From Felis catus (lineage: Eukaryota), in contig NC_058368.1 of assembly GCF_018350175.1 (NCBI RefSeq), positions 118,980,001 through 119,044,000 on the forward strand: DNA of 64,000 nucleotides, in the 5' to 3' direction. The translations under genes and the position numbers were made by a program. Below the pieces are notes generated by a model, which was not told the DNA's origin, made no database searches, and saw nothing but the letters and a program-made list of their open reading frames with translations. How positions within the stretch are numbered: position 1 is the first letter of the stretch; each line of letters begins with the position of its first letter. Positions 23,821-33,597 of the stretch are shown piece after piece.

Positions 23821-25597
23821 ACAAATCTATGTGCTGGGGGTCCTGAAGACCTAACCGCCCTTACCATTCTGATTACCACCCCATTCCCCATCAGAGGTCC
23901 CTAGGGCACCCTCTACAGAACTTATTACTTCAGGGCAAAAATTTTGAAAGACAACTGACCTTACTAATTTGATTTGACACTTTGAATAAAGCTACTTTGT
24001 AACTTTGTAACTACAAATACCACCCGTGCTTTAAAAACATTTAACAGGAAGCCAGAGACAGTTTCGCATTGAGTCTAAATTCTCTGCTTAATAAGAAGTA
24101 ACAACAACAATAATAGTCACTAACACATGATGCACACTTTAAGGATCTTACCTAATCCGTACCTATGAGGTAGTGCTATTCTCATCCATTTTAAAGATGA
24201 GGAAGTGGAGGAAAAGAGAAGTTAAGTCACTTGGGCGAGTTACATAATAATACAAAATGAATGACAGATATAAGATTCAAAACCTGCAGTCTGACACCAG
24301 GGCACTGAGTAATTCGTGTTCGTTCTATAACCACATTATATGGTTAAACTCATACCTCATCCTCGCGTAGTTTGCAGTTTACAAAATCAATGAGCTTATC
24401 CTCATTTTCCAGGTAAGTAAACAGAGGCAGGACGAAGTTAAGTGATTTGATCAGGTTATGTCTCTACTCTCAGGCAGAGGAATATTGGAAACTACTGTCA
24501 AGATTTCTCCCATCAGGAACAAAAAGCTGAAGGGGCACTGAATGGCACTGCCTCCTCTTTGGCACAGTCACACAGCTGGAACCTTCTGGGCACGCAGTCA
24601 GAACAAAGTATCTTGGATGCATTTCAGCCGTATATATTAGTAGATGCCAAATACATACATCCCTTGAGAAAGAAATTCTGCTCCTAAGAATATGTTCTTC
24701 CTCACTGATAGGGGAGGCAGTGTAACGATAGTAAGAAAATGGAAACCACCCTAATACCAGCCAAAGGGAGAACGTTTAAATTAACTATGCTGCTTCCAGA
24801 AGACAGAATACTGCCCTCAAAAATCGTGTTTTTCTATCTGGGAAAATGCTCAAAAAATCTGTATATTCTTATTTATACTTATTAATATCTACTTATACTT
24901 ATTTTACGCATACATATACATGTGTGTATCAATTGCGTGTGTATAAGACGGCCTTTGCTTTTGACATAACTTTATGTATTTTATTCATTGGTATTAGCTG
25001 TTTCCTAAAATACATTAATTTATCTTAAATGCTTTCACAGGAAATGCGTTAAAATATTAACCATGGCTGTCTGTGGGAAGTGGATGATAGTTGATTATTA
25101 TTTTCTTCAATATATTTTTCTGTACTTTTCTACTTTATCCCATGAAGATATTTTACGTCTATGAGAGGAAAAGCTTCACAACGCATGTTATTTTAAGGAA
25201 CGGTGCTGGCACTCTGTACTTCACAGCCTGCCTCCTCAGTGAGGTCCTGCCCTATTTGGGAGCCTTGAGCATTTAAATGCAACCACTCAAAAAACAGATC
25301 CCTGCTTTGAATCAGTTCTGAATTGCACTCAGAAACTCCCAGTTAAGCATCAGTACCAGCTAAGCGTGTTGTGAATTTAATCATCTGTTTCTTGCTGGTG
25401 CAGAGATACGAGGAGGGAAGGGGAGGTTTCGATCTTTGTGGTTTCATGGGATGTACTGTTTGGGGTCCCTTCAGAGCAGAAGAGGGAAAAGGTGCAGATA
25501 TGATGTAGGACTGCAGAGTGCCAGGACTAGGTATGGCCCAGGGCTCTGGAGCTCCTCGAAGTGGGGGTAGGCCATGCCTGTCTACATTCATTTCTTC

Positions 25598-25810
25598 TTC
25601 TTTTTTTTTTTTTAACTGTTTATTCATTTATTTTGAGAGAGAGAGTGCATGGGGGAGGGGCAGCGGGAGGGAGAGAGAGAACCTGAAGCAGGCTCCACGC
25701 TGTCAGTGCAGAGCTCCACACAGGGCTCAAGCCCATGAACCCTGAGAGCATGACCTGAGCTGAGATCAAGAGTTTGGACACTTAACCGACTGAGCCACCC
25801 AGGCATCCCC
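25598..25810 (-). mobile_element. Can-SINE
   Basis: Antisense head gactgagccacccaggcatcccc and poly-T. Confidence 0.9.
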
Positions 25811-27639
25811 CACCCCTGCCCCGACCCAATGCATCCATTTCTAGCTACTGAATTTCAACAGGGCTTACAAGCCTCCTGAGAAAAATCAAAATCTTGCCCA
25901 CCGATGTGCAGAAACGAGGTTACTCCCACACGGAGGACAGATTGCTCAGTGGAACAGGTACCTCCAGGGAAGAATGAAACACGATCAAAGTTATCATTAG
26001 TGCAGAGTGGGGTTACAGATAGTATCTTAGCTGACACCAGAACTTTTCCTCACCCAGTCACCTCAGGGGCTTGTCAGCAGCCTTGGGGAACAAAAGGCAC
26101 AGTGGCTGTGATACGGAAGAATGTTAACTCTGTAACAGGAGTAACACATTGGGGCTCAAATAACTTTGCCGTGGTGGCTCCCGCCGAGTGTGGCATGACA
26201 CTGGCTTGGCAGTCACAGTTATAGTGGCTTGGGCATAGACATGACCATCCCTGGGGTGTGGCTGCTAGCTGCAAAGATGACAGGAGCATTGTTTACACCT
26301 TGGAGGAACAGTACTTCCGGAGCAGTGTCAGGGTATGGGGTGATGACTTCTCTGCGTGGCCACCACACCTCCAGGGAGAAAGTCCTGCCACGAACCGCCA
26401 TCACATCCGAGGTTGAACACATCTGCTGTGGGACCCCCTCAGCAAGTGTTTAGCTCTCACTTTACTGCCTGGGAAGGTGACAAGGGTCCCCAGCTTCCCT
26501 GGCAGGTGTTCCAAATTTACCAACTTAGGGCCTGCAGCATTTCCAGGTGGTGGTCACGGTGACAGCAGCAGGAACTGGGGACAGACCTCTAGTCCTGAGG
26601 GACATCTTTGTGGGAGCATTGGAGCCCAGGTCCTGTCACAGTGGGGACCCTCAACGGAATTATTTTCAATCACATGTTAGCACCCCTGGGCATTTCCAGA
26701 AATATTTAGGGGACAGGGACTCTTTAAAGGCTGAGGCAAAGAAGGGACACCCATAATTAAACAAGTGTGCAACGGGGACCAGTTTATTCATGATTCTCCA
26801 TGAGTTCTATATTTTTCTAGAGCATTTTGGCTTCTGTACCTACTTGTTATAATTATTTCAAGGAGATATGCTTCTAGGACTTCATTTTTATTACATGAGA
26901 GAAACACCATGATGTCAGGCAAATCTGGACAACATTTTACTGTAGGTACAGTTTATTTTTGGAGGCCACTCTCCCAAGGAATCTTCTTCATCTGTCCACA
27001 GTATACTCAGCAACCCCACAACAATTGCCTTCTCTGCCCCATTTATTCTGCCCATTCACCCATTCCCACTTAAGTTAGCTATGATGGCAGAAAAGCAATC
27101 TGACAGGCTTAATTCATGTAAAATGACAAATGACTGACAGTAGGTCAAATTAAAGTTTCTATTTTAAAGGAGGATGTCTGAGGTCCACCATGCCTTAACA
27201 GAAAGGAATCAGGTTCATTGTGAAATTCTTTCATCATGACAAACCGTTGGAGGGAGAATTTGGGGCAGGGGAACTTCCTAGAATCTATTAATGATACACC
27301 AGAGGCAACTCAACTGGCTCATAAAGCTAACTCTGATGGTGCTGATGATGGAGCTTATAATCCCTAAGCTTGTACTGCCTCAACTTTACAGAGTTTTGTT
27401 CAGCATCCTTTTGAAGTAGGAAGAGCGGACATGATCATCCCTGATTCACAGCTAAGCCACTAGGGAGTAGTGGGAGATACTCAGCTTGCCCTAGCCTCTC
27501 GGATGGTAGCAGGTGGAACCAGGACCGAAGGTACATGTCATCTTGTTTAGGCCAAAAGTGCCCAAGACAACAGTGTTTTCCAGGGCTCTGATGGGGATCC
27601 TGCAATGTTAAGCTGGGAGGAACTTACGGATCGGCAAGA

Positions 27640-28410
27640 TTATCTGATCTGTAAAACTCTCTCCCTCATTTATCATTTCTAACCCTTCAGCAAATCCCGT
27701 TGGCTTTGCATTCAGAACGCTTGCTGCGAATGACCACTTTCCACTGCTTCCCACCGCCACATGCCTCCCCAAATCCTCACCGTGTCTCCCATTAGAGGAT
27801 CGCAAGCTTCCAGGCTTCTCTCCCTGCTTCCCCCCTACAGTCTGTTCTCCTCACGCCAGCCAGAGGGATCCTGTGAAAACTAAGCCAGGTGCCTGGCAGT
27901 CCTTGGCTCTAACCCTCCATAGCTCCGCATCCCGCTAAGAGTCGAAGCCAACATCTCCACCCCGGCCCGTGGCTGCCTTGCTGGCCAAGTCTCCGGGCCT
28001 CTGCCCCGGGTTCTCTCTGGCCACGCTGGTCTTTTTGCTGTTCCTTAAACTTGCCAAGTGTTTTCCTCTGTGAAAGCCTTCTTCCTTGCTCTTCCCCTAC
28101 CTGGAGTCCCTTAGAGGTCCACATGACCACATGACGTGCTCTGTCATTTCATTCAGAGCCCTGTTCAAACCTCACCTCCCCAGAGAAGCCCCTGCCCCAC
28201 ACCATCCAAAACAGCACCATCAGTCACTCTACTCTCTTGCTATGTTTTTATTTTCTTCATAGCACTTTCATCTAGCACATTAGACATTTCGGAAGTGCAT
28301 TGTCTGGCTCCCCTATCTAAATGTAAGCCCCATGTGAGGTTTGTTTTGTTCATTGCTCTATCCTCACTGCCTAGAATAGTGTCTGGCTCTTACTTGCTGA
28401 ATACATGAAA
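27640..28410. mobile_element. L2 LINE 3' fragments
   Basis: gccagagggatcctgtgaaaac; ctctgtcatttcattcag; ttttgttcattgctctatcctcactgcctagaatagtgtctggc are L2 3'-end motifs. Confidence 0.6.
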
Positions 28411-28564
28411 CCGAGACACAGAGCAACACATTTCTTTTTAGATAAGCCCACACACAAAAAGTGTTTTCTTCCTTTTCAGTTTAAACTACCCAGAGTATGA
28501 CACAGTCCTGTGATCGTTTCTTTTTTCTTTCTTTTCTTTTGCTTTTTTTCTTTTTCTGATGCTC

Positions 28565-28655
28565 TGACCTCCGGGTGACCTTTAGCAAGTAACTTGACTT
28601 CAGTAGAACTCACTTTACCCAGCTGGAGAATGGGAATGAAAACAGTACCTACCTT
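28565..28655 (+). mobile_element. MIR core fragment abutting the exon 1A3 donor
   Basis: gggtgacctttagcaagtaacttgacttc...ctcacttt...aatgggaatgaaaacagtacctacc matches the MIR core. Confidence 0.75.
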
Positions 28656-29633
28656 CCTTAAATGAAGCAGCCTCTGAAAAGCCATCTTTGCTTTTTAGAG
28701 AGGGAGCCACAGAGATGAAAATTCTCACTCTGAAGTTACAATTAAAGCCCCAGGAGAGTAGGAGCTATGCTTTGCTGCTCTCCATTCCTGCCCAGAGGAG
28801 GCATTCAGTAAGTACTTATCAAAGTTAGTATCTGTGGGACGCAAACTGCACCTACTTCTGTCTCAGTCATCACGGAAACCGGCCCCCTTTCTGGGCCAAC
28901 GCTCTGAGAGCAGCGGACGAAATCTAGCTTAGAAGTGACGCAGATTCCTTTTCTCCAGAAGAAGCATGACACTTGGTGGACAAAAGCTACTGCTTGTGTG
29001 TTCTGTGCTTTGAACATGAAGCAGGGAATTTCACAAGAAGAGAAAGAATTCAGATCAGAGGATTCTTTCTCTCAGATATAACTTGTTTCAGAGTGACCCT
29101 GATTAATACAGCAACTCTCCTAATTTTGGTGCGTTTCCTGGTTCAGCTAAGAGCTACTGAGTCAGCAGATACTCCCCGCGGTCAGACCTTTGTGAAAACT
29201 AACTTGTAAGGTCTGGTGCTGGGAACTTTCTGATGTTTAACAAAGGATTTGTTCAATAGATGAGTGCGTGAATATTCACACTAAACAATGTGTTTCCATC
29301 TTCCCCTCTTTCCTTCTTCCCCGATTCCCTTTCTAACTCCTTTCCCTTCCTTTCCCATTCTGCCCCTGTGCCTCTCTCGGACATGCAGGCATTTTATGGT
29401 TCTGCTGGGCTTGAAAGTTCACTGATCCTCTAAAGCCCAATAATTTGGCGTCTGAAGATCTGAGTTTTCTCCTGGTCTCTACTTAAAGAAGTGTGTTGTA
29501 ATTTCCCCAGCAGAAGTGAAAGTGATCTGCATCTCCTTGAATATCTGCATAGGCACAAGAATGAAAGGGGGAGGCAGCCAGAGAAAAGGAAGAGGGGACT
29601 TTTGAAGGGGCGAGAGCAAACCCTCACAGGCGT
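28653..29633 (-). other. NR3C1: Distal non-coding exon 1A (1A3 form) homologue
   Basis: Minus strand GAGGGTTTGCTCTCGCCCCTTCAAAAG...TCATTCTTGTGCCTATGCAGA...ATCACTTTCACTTCTGCTGGGGAAATT...AAAGGAATCTGCGTCA...AACTTTGATAAG...AAGGAAG|GTAGGT follows recalled human exon 1A3 (~1 kb). The distance to exon 2 is similar. Confidence 0.8.
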
Positions 29634-29664
29634 TCTGACCACCCTGTGGGAGGAAATGAAAACT
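29498..29664. promoter_or_regulatory. Promoter 1A immune-type motifs: IRF element, NF-kB-like site, ETS-IRF composite
   Basis: AAGTGAAAGTGA at 29514-29525; GGGGAAATTAC (minus) at 29498-29508; GGAAATGAAAACT at 29652-29664. Confidence 0.6.
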
Positions 29665-30409
29665 TGTCTTCAAGGGCAGTTTTGCCATTGATTATAATTC
29701 TCTGTCATCAAACAGGTGCCAGGAAAAAAAAATTCATTTTGATTTTTATACGTTAATTTTAACAACTCATTTGCCTGAGGAGGGGCTATACAAGGACACA
29801 TACTTTAGAGTTAATTTGAAGATGAATAAAATATTAACATACCTTTTGTTTCCCCTAGAACTAAACACCTAAACCAGCACAGTGCCCTGATCACTATCCC
29901 ACATGTGCATTTAACTTGTAAATTAGCTCCGTTTTAAGCACATTTATTACAGTTGAGCAAGTTGAGAAATGCATTACGTGGCCATGTTGATACTAATGAT
30001 GGTGATCTTCAGAATTCTGCTAACCCCACGAACACCCACAGCACAGCCAATAATCCTGGCTTCTTTGGCCCAATCAGAAGGTTTCCATCTAGTGCATTTG
30101 GCTCTGATCGCAGCAGAATCGTTCAAATAGATACGGTTCCAGAAATCTTGCTTGACACGGGTCAAATGGCAGAAGTTACAAAGGATGTCATTGTTTTACA
30201 TAAAGTATCTGTGGAAATTACACCTAGAAACTGTTGCCTTTTTATCCTACTAGCTGGCATAAAGAAACTGACAGCTAGGTCAAATTGTTACCACAGTGGC
30301 AAGGATCATTTTATGGTACATTTGTGATAGTTCTAAAACATATTAACTTGAAATGAAATTTACCAGAATTAACTGGTGATGTTTTTTGCTTAAGAAGTGG
30401 AAAAGATGA

Positions 30410-30532
30410 GGGATGCCTGGGTGTCTCAGTCGGTTAAGCATCTGACTCAATTTTGGCTCAGGTCATGATCTCACGGTTGCAAGTTCTGGCCCCGCATTGG
30501 GCTCTGTGCTGACAGTGGGGAGCCTGCTTGGG

Positions 30533-30584
<52 letters not shown>

Positions 30585-30641
30585 TCTGCCTATCCCCCTC
30601 TCTCTCGCTCTCTCTCAAAAATAAATAATAAACATTTTAAA
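30410..30641 (+). mobile_element. Can-SINE with expanded (CT)n
   Basis: Head gggatgcctgggtgtctcagtcggttaagc. TSD ggaaaagatga. Confidence 0.92.
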
Positions 30642-30669
30642 GAGAGGAAAAGATGAACAATTTATTAAG

Positions 30670-31245
30670 GACATTAGAAGACCTAAGTGTGAGACCTGAA
30701 ACCATAAATCTTCTAAAAGAAAACTACAGGCAGTAATTTCTTGGACATGGGCCTTAGCAACACATTTATGGGTGTGTCTCCTCAGGCAAAAGAAACAAAA
30801 GCAAATATAAACTATTGGGACTACACCAAAATGAAAAGCTTCTGCAAAGCAAAGGAAACTGTTAACAAAACAAAAATACAACCTATTGAATGGGAGAAGA
30901 TATTTGCAAATGACATATCCAATAAGGGATCGATATCCAAAATATAAAAAACATATACAACTCCACAACAAAAAACCAAAACAATCCAATTTTAAAAATG
31001 GGCAGAGGACTGAATAGACATTTTCCCAAAGACTTACAGATGGCTCACAGACACATGAAAAGATGCTCAACATCTCTAATCGGCAGGGAAAAGCAAATCC
31101 AAAATGGCTAGTGTCAAAAAGACAAAAAAACAAAAAAACAAAAAAACAAAAAAACAAAAAACCCACCAAAAAACAAAAAGCAAAAAACAAAACAAAAAAC
31201 AAATTTTGATGAGGATGTGGAGAAAAGGAAACTCATGCACTGTTA
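30670..31245 (+). mobile_element. L1 ORF2 C-terminal fragment
   Basis: Remnant SPQAKETKANINYWDYTKMKSFCKAKETVNKTKIQPIEWEKIFANDISNKG. Confidence 0.9.
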
Positions 31246-32409
31246 TTGTATTTGTTGAAAGAATATTGTCAGGGTCTTTATCTGATGTGTGTCTCCATAG
31301 AACATAGTTTCTTTAGATTTTAGTCTCAGCTCCCACCATACTGCTGGTTTGTTTTAATCTTACAGAAACTGTAGGTTTTTATTCATGACCATATTTTCCT
31401 CTTTGCTTTGGTTGGCAAGAAGCTCAAAAACAAATTTACAGACTATCTCTAGTGACTCCACAGAACTTTATGTTTGTACACCTTTTTCTTTCTTTTCTGG
31501 AGGATGAGTGGGATTACACTAATTTTACCCTTGGCTTTATTTTTATTACCAATATTTTCTCTTCACTCTTATTTTTGCGACGGTTTTCCTTCCTCCTTTT
31601 CTACTGTATACATTCTTAAAAGCTGTCATGCAAGGAGATGGAGCATGAGCATGTAATTCGATCTGGTCTCAAGGCAACACATGAAGCTCATCCAAAAATC
31701 ATCATCTTGGTGCTACTCTTTGTCCCATCTCACTATCTTTTTAGGCCACACATTTAGAATATTGTCCTCCTCGAAGTTATAAAAACAGTTTAATTCTTGT
31801 TTTGAGTTAGCATATACTGAACTCGGGTTTTCTTCCTAGTCTTGTAAGTTTTGTTCTCTCTTTTTTTATCCTTTGCCTCAGTAAATTGGTATGAACTACG
31901 ACCTTAGGTTCTATAGTCATTGACTTGGGGAAGACGCTATTGGTATGCTTTCCAGTGAGCATCTCATCTTTTTCTGATACTTGGGGGGGGGGGGGTGGTG
32001 GTGACAGATCTACTGTAACCTCTCACGTTCTTTTGCTCTGTCTGCCCAGTGATGGTTCTCGCATTTATTTCTTCACTTTCCAACTCAACTAATCCACTTA
32101 TTATTTGCCCATTTTGTAGTCTCTGTCTCTCTTGATCCCTTTTTTCTTTGTCTCTCTCTTTCCCTTTATGTCTTTCTCCTGTCCCCCCCTCCATTCTCCC
32201 CACCCTGGATATGCTTCCCCAGAAGTTTAAAAGTAACAACAAAGGCTCATATCCTATCAGGCCATTAAAACAGAAAGAAAATTCTAGAAACCATAGGAAA
32301 GGAAGAAAGAACAAGTACAGCAGAAATCCAGTTATGAGTATAGTCTTTTTAAAAAATTTAAATCCAAGTTAGTTAAAATATAGTGTAATAATGAATTCAG
32401 GAGCAGACT

Positions 32410-32530
32410 TTAGTGATCTATCACTTATAAACAACACCCAGGGCTCATCCTAAGTGCCCTCCCTAATGCCCATCAACCATTTAGCTCACCCCCCTACCCA
32501 ATATCCCTCCAGCAACCCCCAGTTTAGTTA
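32410..32530 (-). mobile_element. Short carnivore L1 3'-end fragment
   Basis: acacccagggctcatcc...gtgccctccctaatgcccatcaaccatttagctcacc...cctccagcaacccccagttt. Confidence 0.65.
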
Positions 32531-32739
32531 CAGTCTTAAACTCAGTGTGAACTTGGCTAATTCCTGCAAAGGGGAAAGGCAGAATAGGTCTTGTAAGTTC
32601 CAGTGGCACACAACCTGTATTAACATATTGACTGCCAGTACAACTGGACCTGGGCGGGTAGAGGCAGAGAAGAAGAGGATTGTGGTGAACAGTGGAGATT
32701 TATTTGAATATATAATGGCATGGAGATAATTGGATCCAT

Positions 32740-33597
32740 TTTGGAATCATCCCGAGTCCTCTCATATCACATCTTATCCATTAACAAATTCTATTATTCC
32801 TAGTCTCCAGATGCATGTGCATTTGACTTCAGATACCAGGGTGCATCTGACATATACTTCTTCTTCCACTACTGCTGTCCCGTGCTGGTCATCATCATCT
32901 CTTGCCTGGGCTGGCATAGCCTCTTTTACTGCTCGCTCTGCCCTGCCCTTGCCCTTGAATATACTCTTCTCCACCCAGCCGCCAATGTGACCATGTGAAA
33001 TCATGGATCACGTCCCTCTGCTCAGGCATCTCCTATGGTTTTTCTTTTTCATTTCATTCAGACTTAGAATGAAAATCCTTCCCATAGCTACTTGACTCTA
33101 CAAGATCTGGACCTCTGACCTCTCTGAGCTCTCTCCCTGCCTCCTGGTGCTTTGGCCATGCATCCTGAGTGGCTGTCCTCAGGCATGTTCCCCTTGCCCA
33201 CCAAGATCCTTCAGTTACACCTACATCTCACTCCTTACCTCTTTCAGGTCCTTGTTCAGGTGTTTTCTCATCAGAGAGACCATCTTACCTGAATTCCTTT
33301 TTATCCCATCCAAAATTAAGGCTCTTCTTCTACCCCTGCCCTCTCTATGCCCTTGTCTAATTTTTTTTTCCATAGCACTTATTACCACCTAACATACTTC
33401 ATATGACTGTGTCAACTTATTTATTGTCTATCCACAGGCACCCATTAGAGTAAAAACTCTTGTCAGGCAGGGTGTTGCTGTTGTTGTTATTGTTGTCTTT
33501 ATGTGTATTGTTTATGCTGTATGCCCAACACCCAAAACTGTGCCATGTGGGTGAGTGTAGCATAATAAATATTTGTTGAATGAATAAATGAATGAAA
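32740..33597 (+). mobile_element. L2 LINE fragment (strand uncertain)
   Basis: catcatctcttgcctgg...tctccacccagcc...ctcactccttacctctttcaggtc...catagcacttattaccacct...aataaatatttgttgaatgaat. Confidence 0.7.

Noticed and set aside
24409..24419. Perfect plus-strand donor CAG|GTAAGT
   Set aside because: It lies in a MIR-like fragment with no convincing partner acceptor and is on the strand opposite NR3C1.
29953..30327. 124-aa plus-strand ORF upstream of exon 1A
   Set aside because: TTG start, no recognisable domain, length within chance expectation; more likely promoter sequence.
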